From: a virus
DNA length: 64,000 bases
Reading direction: 5' to 3' (one strand)
IMG/VR virus record: IMGVR_UViG_3300025929_000012
Location: 1 to 64,000 of that record
Made by a program: the position numbers and the translations under genes. The notes under the pieces were generated by a model. It had not been told where the DNA came from, searched no databases, and saw only the letters and a program-made list of their open reading frames with translations. Of this stretch, positions 9,880 to 18,926 are shown piece by piece; positions within the stretch are counted from its first letter, which is position 1, and each line of letters begins with the position of its first letter.

Positions 9880-10122
9880 GTGGCTAGGCCCGCCGCCCGG
9901 AAGGCGGGCGGGAAGCTGGCGGCGGTCCACTACGCCGCGAGGGGCGGCGCGGCGTGCGTGCCGTTCGAGCGGCCCGGGGGCCGGCTGGTCACCGCGGAGC
10001 CGGGTGACGTGACATGCGGGCACTGCTGCAAGAGGCCCGGGTGGCGGGCCGCGGTCGCTGCCGCCGGACTGGACGAGCACGCGGGCGAGTCGCTGCGAGT
10101 CATCTCAGGCGGTGCCGCATGA
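9880..10122 (+). CDS. Small Zn-binding hypothetical protein
   Basis: VHY..AC..VTCGHC. Confidence 0.5.
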   Translation: MARPAARKAGGKLAAVHYAARGGAACVPFERPGGRLVTAEPGDVTCGHCCKRPGWRAAVAAAGLDEHAGESLRVISGGAA

Positions 10123-10409
10123 CCGATGCCGCGCTGGCCTTCCTGGTCGCCGACATCTTCGGGCTGTGCCGCCGCTGCACGCAGGCCCCGCGGAGGGGCA
10201 CCAGGGCCTTGTGCCGCCGCTGCTACGACCGGGCGTGCCATTACGGGCGCCTGGATGACTACCCGCCCCTGGCGGACCCCTGGGCGGCGTCCCATGAGGT
10301 CATGACCGCCCGGCACCGGGGCCGCCTTGAGGACTTCGAGTTCCTCGCCGGGCAAGCCCTGAACCCCCTGTTCAACGCGAACGACAACCCCCTAGGAGGA
10401 ACCCCGTGA
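10119..10409 (+). CDS. Zn-finger hypothetical protein
   Basis: CRRC..LCRRCY. Confidence 0.55.
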   Translation: MTDAALAFLVADIFGLCRRCTQAPRRGTRALCRRCYDRACHYGRLDDYPPLADPWAASHEVMTARHRGRLEDFEFLAGQALNPLFNANDNPLGGTP

Positions 10410-11324
10410 ACGACGACACCGCCGGCGCTGGCCCCGACCCCGGCGAGGTGCTAGACGCCCGGCTCGCCGCCCGGCTAGCCGCGCTCAGCGCAACCTACTC
10501 GCCGCGAGTGGAGGCGGACGCGGTTGCCGCTGAGCGGGAGCGCATCCTCGGCCTGTTCGGCAAGTGGATCACGGTCGCCCTGGCCGAGCCGAACGCGCAC
10601 CCGCCGGAGGCGTGGAAGGTGGCGTTCGCTGACCTGATCAGCGACAGGCCACAGTTCGCGATCACCGGAACCGATCCCAATCATGAGCCTGGCCTCTCCG
10701 AGTGCGGCTGCCGGATGTGCGACCCGCAACGGCACGGCGGATCGGCGTGGAACTGGGCGGACGGCCTGGCCGATGCCGGGCTGCGGTCAATCGCCCGGGA
10801 CGGCGCCGGCGACCTGAACGACGGTCGTCCTGTCACCTGGTCTGCTGCCTGCGCCCCCGGCGGGTACGTGTGCGCCGTACCCGATGACCTCACCGACGAT
10901 GGCATCTGCGGCAAACCCGGTCGAGAGCGAGCCGTGCAACCGCCACGGGGACGACGCCCCGTCACCCGCCATGGGGGGGCTGCAGGCACCGCGCCCGGTA
11001 GTGCGCGTCCTGCCGGACCAGGATGGGCAGCACGAGGCGACACCTGCGGTCACCCCGGGGCAGGCCGCCTACGAGGCCAGCATCGGCATCATCCGCGATG
11101 ACTTCGACGGGCCGCCGTGGGCGTGGGAGACGCTGCCGCCGAGGCACCGCAAGGCGTTCGACGTCGCAGGGGAGGCCGCGATCGAAGCCAGCGGACTGCG
11201 CGCCGAGCTGAACGATGCCCGCGCCGAGATGGCCGAGGTCCGCCGGATCACCTACCAGGGCGGCCAGGATGCCGCGTCCGTCCGTCACGAGCTCCTCGCC
11301 TACCTGGAGGGGCGTAATGCCTGA
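10406..11324 (+). CDS. Hypothetical protein with +1 frameshift near 10913-10920
   Basis: GYVCA..GICG continues as PVESEPC in the +1 frame. Confidence 0.5.
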
Positions 11325-11970
11325 GACCCTCGCCCCTGCCCCGGTGACCGCGGTCGCTGACGCGGCGGTGCGGCTCGCTGAGCTGGCGCTGGCGTTCGGC
11401 CGGATTGACAGGACCGCCTGCACCCACCCGGACGGCACCCCTGAGTCCGACAGTGATCACACGGTGATGCTCGGCTGGCTGGCCCCTGCGCTGGCCGCGA
11501 TCACCGAGCCTGCCCTTGACCCGTGCCTGATAGCCGCGTTCGCGCTGGTGCACGACGCTGTTGAGGTGTTCGCGGGGGACACCCCGACACTGCGGATCAC
11601 CAGCGACGGCCTGGCGGCGAAGGCGGCCCGGGAGCATGCCGCAGCCCGGAGGTGGCATGAGGAGCTCGGACATGCCCTGCCGTGGCTCCCGGGCATGATC
11701 ACCCGGTATGAGGCGCAGGACTGCCCTGAGGCCCGGTTCGTGCGGGCTGCGGACAAGGTCTGCCCCAGGCTCCTCCACATCCTCAGCGGTGCCGCCGACC
11801 TGGCCGCCTACGGCGTGACCGCCGGGGAACTGCGGGGGATCCTCACCCGGCAGCGGGCCGCCATCATGGGGTACGCCGGGGAGTTCACCGGGCTTCTCGC
11901 CCTGTGTGACGAGATGGCGGGCAGGACCGTCAGGGCGCTGAGCGACCGGGAGGCCCGCGATGCCGCCTGA
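11317..11970 (+). CDS. HD-domain hydrolase (YfbR/5'-deoxynucleotidase-like)
   Basis: ESDSDHT..LVHDAVE..GDTPT..EARFVRAADK. Confidence 0.85.
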   Translation: MPETLAPAPVTAVADAAVRLAELALAFGRIDRTACTHPDGTPESDSDHTVMLGWLAPALAAITEPALDPCLIAAFALVHDAVEVFAGDTPTLRITSDGLAAKAAREHAAARRWHEELGHALPWLPGMITRYEAQDCPEARFVRAADKVCPRLLHILSGAADLAAYGVTAGELRGILTRQRAAIMGYAGEFTGLLALCDEMAGRTVRALSDREARDAA

Positions 11971-12418
11971 GCAGATGACCCCGGAAGTCCTTGCCGTCAC
12001 CCTGGAGCAGACAGCCACGTGGATGGCTACCCGCCCTGCCGGGGTGACGTGGACCGGCGACGGGCTGGACGGCACCGTGGCGGGGCTGAGGGACGCGGCC
12101 AAGAGCATCCGCAAGAACCTCACTCCCGCGTGGGATGCCCTCACCCGCGAGCGGGACGCGGCGCAGGCTGCCAACGTGGCGCTCAAGAAGCAACTTCTAG
12201 AGGCCAAGGCGGATCAGGCTGATGCGATCCGCGAGCGGGACACCGGGCGGCAAGCGGACGTCCGGACTGACGCCGACGAGCCCGGCTGGCTTCACGTGAC
12301 CTGCGGTGGCTGCGGCGTGGAGTTCGGCACGAACTTCGCCGTCGAGGAGCTTGAGTGCCCCGAGTGCGAGGCGCGACGCTGCCCGGCATGCCATACGTGG
12401 TTCGGCGGTGAGTCATGA
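11960..12418 (+). CDS. Coiled-coil protein with C-terminal Zn ribbon
   Basis: CGGC..CPEC..CPAC. Confidence 0.6.
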   Translation: MPPEQMTPEVLAVTLEQTATWMATRPAGVTWTGDGLDGTVAGLRDAAKSIRKNLTPAWDALTRERDAAQAANVALKKQLLEAKADQADAIRERDTGRQADVRTDADEPGWLHVTCGGCGVEFGTNFAVEELECPECEARRCPACHTWFGGES

Positions 12419-12876
12419 CCTGCCCGCCCGCCCGTACCGAAGCTGAGGCCGCTGCTGCGGATAAGCTCGCCGCGCGGATGACGGAGCTTGGCCTGGACCT
12501 GGCGATGATGGTCCGCGAGCAGGGGTCGGAAGCCGTGGGGGAGTGGCTGGACGGGAACGTCTCCGGCCTCTCCGCCGCCGAGCTTCGGGCGCTGCTGGTG
12601 ATGCTGGCCGCGATGGTGGACGTGGACCGTCCTGTGCGGGACCTGCTCGGCTGGACGTCGGCTTTCACGTCGTGGCCGGGGGAACGGCGGCTGCGGCATC
12701 CCTGCGGGACGGAGGAAGCCTTCCAGGCGCATGCGTGGCGCAACCGGCAGCGGAAGGAAGCCGGGCTGCCGTGCGAGCTGATCGACCCGGTGTGCCGGGA
12801 GGCGCATGACGCCCGGGTGTCCGCTGCCCGCCAGGTGACGGGAAAGCGCGCCGAGCGGAAGCAGGCGGCAGCGTGA
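12415..12876 (+). CDS. Hypothetical protein
   Basis: Phage-type PCGT..AH..C.EA motif. Confidence 0.6.
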   Translation: MTCPPARTEAEAAAADKLAARMTELGLDLAMMVREQGSEAVGEWLDGNVSGLSAAELRALLVMLAAMVDVDRPVRDLLGWTSAFTSWPGERRLRHPCGTEEAFQAHAWRNRQRKEAGLPCELIDPVCREAHDARVSAARQVTGKRAERKQAAA

Positions 12877-12877
12877 C

Positions 12878-12906
12878 TTGCACACGGCGTCTTTACCTGG
12901 TAAAGT
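12878..12906 (+). promoter_or_regulatory. Sigma-70-type promoter with palindromic operator (copy 1)
   Basis: TTGCAC-17-TAAAGT; CTTTACCTGGTAAAG at 12891-12905. Confidence 0.75.
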
Positions 12907-12958
12907 AATGGCAAGCGGGAGGGAAGAGCCTCCCGGCCAGGGAAACAGGGAGCACGAC

Positions 12959-13222
12959 ATGACCGTGAAGATCCGCAAGTGCGACGCCGGCACCGACTAC
13001 GCCGAGGCGCTCGCCGTGCTAGATGAAGTCGGCCCGGCCAACGCCACCGACGCCCAGAACATGGCCGGGTTCTGCGAGGACGTCATGCAACTGACGGTCG
13101 GCGCGTTCTCCCCCCGGCTGGTCTGGGAAGGCGCGCAGAAGGCCGGCCTGACCACCCTGGAACTCCACGAGATCTGCCACCGCAAGGATCTTGACAGGCT
13201 AGACGACCTGCAGTGGAGCTAA
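12959..13222 (+). CDS. Hypothetical protein
   Basis: RBS GGGAG; first gene after promoter. Confidence 0.65.
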   Translation: MTVKIRKCDAGTDYAEALAVLDEVGPANATDAQNMAGFCEDVMQLTVGAFSPRLVWEGAQKAGLTTLELHEICHRKDLDRLDDLQWS

Positions 13223-13321
13223 GCCGTGGTGCTCACCGCACGCGACATCACCATGAACGCCGATGCGTTCCGAAGCGCGTACCCGGGATGGCCTCATCCT
13301 GAGCCTGAGAGGAGCACCATC

Positions 13322-13639
13322 ATGACGCTGGAAGAGGTTTCGCGGGCACTGCGCGACGCGGGATTCGCCGAGGCGGTCGTTGCCCCCACCGCCGGAGGCG
13401 TCCGTGTGAACGCCGCAGGCTTCCGCGCGTACGCCGACAAGGGCTACGCCGACAGGGGCACCGTCCGCCTGGGTTACTGGCCGGCCGAGGACGAGTTCCC
13501 CGGCGTCCACTTCGACGCGCCCGGCATCAGCGACCGCATGCGGGACATGGATGACGCCTACACGGCGGCGCTAGTGGCTGCCGGGTACGCGGTTGACCGC
13601 TCGTCCGGCGCTGTGATCGTCACGGGAAAGGAGTCCTGA
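13322..13639 (+). CDS. Hypothetical protein
   Basis: RBS GAGGAG. Confidence 0.6.
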   Translation: MTLEEVSRALRDAGFAEAVVAPTAGGVRVNAAGFRAYADKGYADRGTVRLGYWPAEDEFPGVHFDAPGISDRMRDMDDAYTAALVAAGYAVDRSSGAVIVTGKES

Positions 13640-13977
13640 TGGAAGACGACGGCTACCAGGCCGTGAGCCTCGGCTTCGTGAACGACTGCGAAGGCGAGAA
13701 GGTCGAGGTGCTCCGCAACCCGGACGGCAGCGTCCTGCTGGAGCGGCTCGCGACGCTGACGTTCATCGAGATACCGGCCAGTGAGCTGGCCACGCTCCGG
13801 GAGGCGATCGACCGCGCCGCGATGACGGGGCAGGAGGAGGCACCTTCTGCGTTCGAGTGCGGTCACTGCGGCGACCGAATCACCCTCCTGGGCGGCGCAT
13901 GGACCACTGAAGACGGGACGACCGCGTGCACGGACACGTCCGCCCCGTACGTCCCCCACAAGCCGAAGGAGGGCTGA
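13639..13977 (+). CDS. Hypothetical protein
   Basis: RBS AAGGAG; TGATG overlap. Confidence 0.6.
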   Translation: MEDDGYQAVSLGFVNDCEGEKVEVLRNPDGSVLLERLATLTFIEIPASELATLREAIDRAAMTGQEEAPSAFECGHCGDRITLLGGAWTTEDGTTACTDTSAPYVPHKPKEG

Positions 13978-13979
13978 CC

Positions 13980-14393
13980 ATGACCGCCCGCCTGTACCGC
14001 CTTACCCGGGACCTGAAGGCAGGCACCCCGGGGAACCAGTTCCCCCGTGACCTGATGGCCGGGGAACTGCTCTACCGGTGCACCGCCCCGTACGCGGCCA
14101 GCCTCGCCGGCGACGTCGGCGCGATGCTGACCGAGGATCCGGACGGCGGCTACCCGGGTTACGAGGTGCCGCGCAGCGCCGTGGAGGAAGCGCCGGCCGA
14201 AGCCGCCCCGGTGCCTGCCGCGCCGGCTTACGACGAGATGGCGCACAGGGTCTTCCATGACCGGCGCTGCCGTTGCGGCCACAAGAAGGGCGTCCACTCC
14301 GGGCGGGACGCTGACGGCCGGTGCGTGCTGCGCCGCTGCGGCTGCGGCCAGTTCGAGGATGCCGGGACTGAGCCGGCGGGCCGCCATGAGTGA
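13980..14393 (+). CDS. Hypothetical protein with Cys/His-rich C-terminus
   Basis: RBS GGAGG; CRCGH..H..C..CGC. Confidence 0.6.
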   Translation: MTARLYRLTRDLKAGTPGNQFPRDLMAGELLYRCTAPYAASLAGDVGAMLTEDPDGGYPGYEVPRSAVEEAPAEAAPVPAAPAYDEMAHRVFHDRRCRCGHKKGVHSGRDADGRCVLRRCGCGQFEDAGTEPAGRHE

Positions 14394-14808
14394 GCATCCC
14401 GCCGCGCTGATGCGCCGTGCCGTCGCCCGCCTGCTGAAGGCCAGCGCCACCGCCACCCCCGGCCCGTGGCGGGTGTCGTTCATCGACGGCGTGATTCCGG
14501 TGGTCGACGGCCCTGGCCCGGAGTCCAGCCTGGTAGCGGAGATGTACTGGCGCGGCCACTTTCCGCGCGACGGGCACCTGAAGGCGGACGCCACCCTGAT
14601 CGCGATCCTCCGCAACTCCGCTGAGGCGCTGGCCGGATGGCTGGAGGCGGAGGCGGAGCGGGCCAGCAGGGAGATTGGCGTCCCGTTCGTGCGGTCCCCG
14701 GATCTGCGGTGCCGCACCTGCGACGGCACGCCGGACGTTCCCGGTGGCTGTGAATGCTGGGACGAGGCACTGTCCGTGGCCCGCGCGATCCTCGGGGAGG
14801 GGCAGTGA
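14386..14808 (+). CDS. Hypothetical phage protein (ATPGPW family)
   Basis: ATPGPW..DATLIA..ALAGWLE..ALSVARAIL. Confidence 0.65.
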   Translation: MSEHPAALMRRAVARLLKASATATPGPWRVSFIDGVIPVVDGPGPESSLVAEMYWRGHFPRDGHLKADATLIAILRNSAEALAGWLEAEAERASREIGVPFVRSPDLRCRTCDGTPDVPGGCECWDEALSVARAILGEGQ

Positions 14809-15005
14809 AGGCGGAGCCGTGGATCGTGCATCACCGCGACGGCTGGTGTGCCCTGCCGCCCGGTGCCGTGCCTGACCCTGCCGCACTCAACGACCCGACC
14901 CTGTGCGGCTACGTGGTGACGATGCGCGGGGGGAGCAAGCACGGGCAGCCTGACTGCCCTGAGTGCCTTGCGCTGCTCGCCAGGGAGGCGGACGACAATG
15001 GCTGA
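14805..15005 (+). CDS. Small Zn-binding protein
   Basis: TLCG..PDCPEC. Confidence 0.55.
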   Translation: MKAEPWIVHHRDGWCALPPGAVPDPAALNDPTLCGYVVTMRGGSKHGQPDCPECLALLAREADDNG

Positions 15006-15255
15006 GCCGCTGACCTGCGACCGCTGCATGAGCGCACCTGCCTCGCTGCTCCTGGTGCTGGCGAAGGCTGTCCGCGACAACGGAAAGGCCGCTAAGGGCC
15101 TCCGGTCAGGCGAGAGGGTGCTCCTGCTGCGCTGCGAGGCGTGCCTCAGGGGCGAGTTGCCCGTGCTTGAGCGCGGCGGCCGGGCGTTCACGGTACTCGC
15201 GGTCACCAGCGCCGAGCACGCAGCGAGGGAGGCGTGTCGTGACCGTGTGGGCTGA
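14998..15255 (+). CDS. Small Zn-binding protein
   Basis: CDRC..CEAC. Confidence 0.5.
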   Translation: MAEPLTCDRCMSAPASLLLVLAKAVRDNGKAAKGLRSGERVLLLRCEACLRGELPVLERGGRAFTVLAVTSAEHAAREACRDRVG

Positions 15256-15502
15256 GGGCATGGCGTGCCGGGTCGTGGAGCACGACGACCAGACGCGGGA
15301 GCCGAAGCCGGGCGGCAGGGTGGAGGCCACGCTAGTGGAGCGGCTCACGGGACCCTACGTGCAGGTCCGGACGGGCAGGTGGGGGCGGATGAGCTTCTGG
15401 GCTGCCTCAGGCTGGGCGGCGTGGGATGGCCAGTTCCGGTGGCGGCTGTTGCCGGGGACCGGAGACGAGGCCGCCACGGCGGCAGGAACGGAGGCCCGGT
15501 GA
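15239..15502 (+). CDS. Hypothetical protein
   Basis: Fills the operon gap; GTGA overlap. Confidence 0.5.
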   Translation: MTVWAEGMACRVVEHDDQTREPKPGGRVEATLVERLTGPYVQVRTGRWGRMSFWAASGWAAWDGQFRWRLLPGTGDEAATAAGTEAR

Positions 15503-15948
15503 GCGACGCTGAGCGCATCCGCTGGGAGGAGAGTCCCCTCGGCATGACCGACGGCCACGTCGGCGGCGTTGAGGCGTGCCTCTTCTCGGTCTGGCAGCCC
15601 CCGCAGGCAAGCGGGGAGTGGGTGCTGACCACGGAGCTTCCCGGGATGGAGGGTACGCGCGTCTACGGGGATGACCCGGGGGAGCTGAAGGCGGAGGCGG
15701 AGCGGCTGCTGGCGAAGTTCACCGCTTCCCTCGCCGCGGTTTTCCCGGGTCACCTCACCGAGTCGCAGCGCTTCCAGGTGCAGGAGGCCCGCGACTGCCT
15801 CGGCACCTGGGACCTCGCCCGCGCCCCTGGCGTGATCAGCCGGGAGAGCGTCCTAGCGGACCAGGTGCGTAACCTGCTCGCCATCATCGATGAGGTCGTC
15901 CCGGCCGGGCCAACTGTTAACGATCATCACCAGGAGGGGAACCCATGA
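15499..15948 (+). CDS. Hypothetical protein
   Basis: RBS GGAGG; ATGA overlap with next gene. Confidence 0.6.
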   Translation: MSDAERIRWEESPLGMTDGHVGGVEACLFSVWQPPQASGEWVLTTELPGMEGTRVYGDDPGELKAEAERLLAKFTASLAAVFPGHLTESQRFQVQEARDCLGTWDLARAPGVISRESVLADQVRNLLAIIDEVVPAGPTVNDHHQEGNP

Positions 15949-16259
15949 GCGAGGCACGGATCGAGAGCGTCACCATCACTGCGGGGGACGATGAGCAGGT
16001 CTTCACCGTAGATCCTGAGGCCGGAGAGCCCCAGTCGGTCACGGTCACCATGGCCGGCGGCCGGAAGGTGACGGTGAACGCGGACGGGGGCCTTGGCCTG
16101 GAAGACGGCCGCACGGTCACCGTCGGCGCTGACGGGGCCATCCAGGTCGGGAGGCGCGCGAGGGCATCGGACCTGGGCGGAAAGTACGGCGTCAACCTCG
16201 GCCCCGGGGCGCGAGGCATCCAGATAGGCCCCGGCAACACCCAGGTCAACTCGTTCTAG
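15945..16259 (+). CDS. Protein with C-terminal RHIM/BASS3-like amyloid signalling motif
   Basis: Ends GKYGVNLGPGARGIQIGPGNTQVNSF; RHIM core IQIG; RBS AGGAGG. Confidence 0.75.
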   Translation: MSEARIESVTITAGDDEQVFTVDPEAGEPQSVTVTMAGGRKVTVNADGGLGLEDGRTVTVGADGAIQVGRRARASDLGGKYGVNLGPGARGIQIGPGNTQVNSF

Positions 16260-16276
16260 CGGAGAGGAGCCCCCCG

Positions 16277-16936
16277 ATGGAGCCTGACAAGACTAGCTAT
16301 CCGCCGTCACCGTTCCCGGTGGACTACTCGGCTTCCCCGTGCGGTGACTGCGGGGTGGCACCAGGCGTGCCTCACGAGGATGGCTGTGACGTTGCCCGGT
16401 GCCTGTTCACGGGAGGCCAGCGGATCACCTGCGGGTCGCTGGGGTTCCTCGGCGTCGAGGTGCCCGCTCACGATGACTGCGGCGATGAGGCCTGGACTGG
16501 CACGTGGCCAGGCGAGGCGGAGTGCCGTGAGTTCGGCTGGCATTCCGTGTTCATCCCCCCGAAGGCGGCCGAGGAGTACGGGAAGTGGCTGTGCTGCGAT
16601 AAGGACCACCCGGGCGCCGGGCCGGACCTGAACAGGCTCGTGACCGAGGCCCGCTGGGACCGGGAGCGCGGCCGGTGGGTGCTGCGGGCCGCCCCGGCGC
16701 CGGAGGTCATCCTCGTTCACGCCGTCCGGACATGCAACGCTTACCCGTGTCAGTGGGACGCGACTGACGCCTCCGGCGGCTACTGGTACCTGCGGTACGA
16801 AAGCGGCCGGGGGCGGATGGGCCGCGAGCCGCTGGACATACGGCTCTCTTTCACCGGGGCGAGCGACCCTGAGGTGATCACGATCGCCGAGTTCTGCGAG
16901 CGGATCGGCGTCGCCTGGTTGCCTGAGGGAGGCTAG
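16277..16936 (+). CDS. Cys-rich hypothetical phage protein
   Basis: CGDCGV.PG..H..GCDVARC..TGGQR; C-term TC.A.PCQWDA..YLRY. Confidence 0.7.
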   Translation: MEPDKTSYPPSPFPVDYSASPCGDCGVAPGVPHEDGCDVARCLFTGGQRITCGSLGFLGVEVPAHDDCGDEAWTGTWPGEAECREFGWHSVFIPPKAAEEYGKWLCCDKDHPGAGPDLNRLVTEARWDRERGRWVLRAAPAPEVILVHAVRTCNAYPCQWDATDASGGYWYLRYESGRGRMGREPLDIRLSFTGASDPEVITIAEFCERIGVAWLPEGG

Positions 16937-16938
16937 CC

Positions 16939-17148
16939 ATGGCTGAGCACGCGGAGGGCGAGGTCCTCGGATTCGTGGTCGTCACGTTCAATCAGGCGTC
17001 CGGCCAGCCGGACATTGATGCTCCCGGCCTTGACGACTGGGACACGGCGTGCCTGGAGCGGGACGACCGCCGGGCGAAGACGAAGGCAGCCGGGCGGGGA
17101 GAGCGGCATGAGGTAGCCGCCGTGATACGGCTAGAAGGGGATAGCTGA
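16939..17148 (+). CDS. Hypothetical protein
   Basis: RBS GGAGG; TGATG overlap. Confidence 0.55.
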   Translation: MAEHAEGEVLGFVVVTFNQASGQPDIDAPGLDDWDTACLERDDRRAKTKAAGRGERHEVAAVIRLEGDS

Positions 17149-17621
17149 TGGCTACCGGACGGCCGCTAAACTACACGACGACGATCGCGGCTAGCCGCAC
17201 TGCCGGGGAATGCCAGTCGATCCTCGCCGCCGCCGGGGCCGCCTCGGTCGCGACCCACTTCGAGGGAGGTCAGCCGTCCGGGCTGTCGTTCACCCTGAAG
17301 ACCCCGCACGGCGTCCGCGCGTTCACGCTCCCGGTGAATGTCGAAGGCGTCCAGCGGGTGCTCCGGAAGGCCGAGAAGGACGGAAAGTTCGCCGGGGCCA
17401 GGAAGGGGCCGGGGCACTTTTCCAGCCGGGAGCACGCCGCCCGCGTTGCATGGCGCGTGGCGAAGGACTGGCTTGAAGCGAACCTCGCGCTGATCGAAGC
17501 GGAAATGGCCTCGCTGGAGACCGTCATGCTGCCCTACTTGCACGTTGACGGGGAGCGGACGCTGTGGCAGGCGTACCAGGACAACGAGCGGGCAGCGATC
17601 GAGGCGGGCGGCGCGTCGTGA
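17148..17621 (+). CDS. Conserved hypothetical phage protein
   Basis: NYTT.I..FTLP..A.RVAWR..KDWLEA..LPY. Confidence 0.7.
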   Translation: MATGRPLNYTTTIAASRTAGECQSILAAAGAASVATHFEGGQPSGLSFTLKTPHGVRAFTLPVNVEGVQRVLRKAEKDGKFAGARKGPGHFSSREHAARVAWRVAKDWLEANLALIEAEMASLETVMLPYLHVDGERTLWQAYQDNERAAIEAGGAS

Positions 17622-18222
17622 TCGCGGTCCTCAACTGGCCCACTGGTTCCTCCTGTTCCTGCTGTCCGCCTTCGGCGTCTTCGAGGGCGTGCGGGACTTC
17701 TTCACGGGCATCGCGCAGGCGGTCTCCCTGGCCGGGGAGCGCAGGCACAAGCGGCGGATGAAGGAGCTCCGGCTCCGGGCCAGGATCGCGGAGGGCGCGG
17801 TCCTTCCCCGCCCAGCCGGCCAGGGTTCCGCGCCGGGGCCGTGCGTGCACCGCAACGTCGTTCCCGTCGTGTCCGCGGCCGAGGAGGTCGTCGCGTGGCT
17901 GTGCCGGTCCTGTGAGACGAGGCTCCCGGCTGACTGGGCAGTACGGGAGGAAGACCTGTGAGCCGGGTAATGCGGGCCGGTCCTTCTCCGCCACGGCGAA
18001 GACCCCCCGCCCGGTGACCGCGAACGCCCATCCCTCGGCGATCAGGACCTGGACGGCCTTAGTGGCGGTTCCCCTGGCGACTCCGTGTTCCTGGGTGAGG
18101 GCACGGTTGGAGGGGAGGGCGCGGCGGGGCGGTATCCGCCCGGCGCGGATGTCTTCACGCAGGAGGCCCGCGAGCTGCTCGTACAGCGGCTCGGGTGCCT
18201 CCGGGTCTATCGGCCCGGTCAC
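17524..18222 (-). CDS. GntR-family winged-helix regulator (HTH in first about 80 aa; 3' run-on uncertain)
   Basis: PLYEQLA..IRAG..LPS..L..EHGVARGT..KA..L..EG..GRGVF; CATGAT-6nt-GTG leaderless start. Confidence 0.8.
   Translation of the reverse strand: MTGPIDPEAPEPLYEQLAGLLREDIRAGRIPPRRALPSNRALTQEHGVARGTATKAVQVLIAEGWAFAVTGRGVFAVAEKDRPALPGSQVFLPYCPVSREPRLTGPAQPRDDLLGRGHDGNDVAVHARPRRGTLAGWAGKDRALRDPGPEPELLHPPLVPALPGQGDRLRDAREEVPHALEDAEGGQQEQEEPVGQLRTAITTRRPPRSLPARCPGTPATASAPRQRASRAA
17618..17961 (+). CDS. Membrane protein with Zn ribbon, apparent 1-nt deletion near 17640
   Basis: VIAVLNWP joins HWFLLFLL..WLCRSC in another frame. Confidence 0.5.
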
Positions 18223-18410
18223 GCGTACATCATGGGTTGCCTCGGGTAGCACGCCCCCCCCGGGGCTGCCCGTAGCATGCCATGGGACACTACGGGATGG
18301 TATGGACCAGCGTAGGGCACCCTGGTATGGTTGGTCACCTGCGCACGGTGCGCCGCGGCCCGGGCACCGTGCGCAGTCACGATCCAGGGCCGGGACCGGG
18401 AGGAACGGAA

Positions 18411-18656
18411 ATGCAGCCTCAGGGTGAAGGCGCCGGCCAGGGTGAAGGCGCCCGCTGGGTCAAGAGCTCGCGGAGTTTCTCCAACGGCGCCTGCGTTGAG
18501 GTGGCCGGCCTGCCCGGCGGCGTGGTCGGCGTCCGGCACAGCAAGGACCCGGGCGGGCCTGTCCTGCGGTTCACGCCGGCCGAGTGGCAGGCGTTCCTCG
18601 GCGGCGCGCGGGCCGGGGAGTTTGACGGCTTCGGCGCCACGCCTTCCGGACGCTGA
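18411..18656 (+). CDS. DUF397 family protein
   Basis: WVKSSRS..GACVEVA..VGVRHSKDP.GPVL.FTPAEW.AFL. Confidence 0.9.
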   Translation: MQPQGEGAGQGEGARWVKSSRSFSNGACVEVAGLPGGVVGVRHSKDPGGPVLRFTPAEWQAFLGGARAGEFDGFGATPSGR

Positions 18657-18871
18657 AGATGGGCAGGTCCCTGACCAACGTCCGCGGGCAGAGCAGCAAC
18701 CACGGCCCGGCGGCCCTGCCGCAGGAAGTCCGGGACACCCAGGTCACCTTCTGGCAGATGATCTGAGGATCCCCCGGCGCTTCTCCCCGCTCCCTTTAGC
18801 GCCGGGGGGTGAGCGGCCCAGGGGTGAACGGGCGCATGCGGCTCGCCCGGCCCCGGACTGCCGCTCACAGG

Positions 18872-18913
18872 GAAGGCCTCGCCCCCCGGTTCACCCGGAG
18901 GGGCGGGGCCTTC
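18872..18913. terminator. GC-rich hairpin
   Basis: GAAGGCCTCGCCC ... GGGCGGGGCCTTC inverted repeat. Confidence 0.5.
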
Positions 18914-18926
18914 GCCGTTGCCCCGG

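Noticed and set aside
447-11970. Z-genome (2-aminoadenine) pathway suggested by MazG-like plus HD hydrolase genes
   Set aside because: No PurZ/PurA-like gene or DNA polymerase in the window, and the two genes are 10 kb apart
18715-18745. RNase P RNA-like GGAAGTCCGGG
   Set aside because: Does not match GAGGAAAGTCC and no 3' P4 partner is seen
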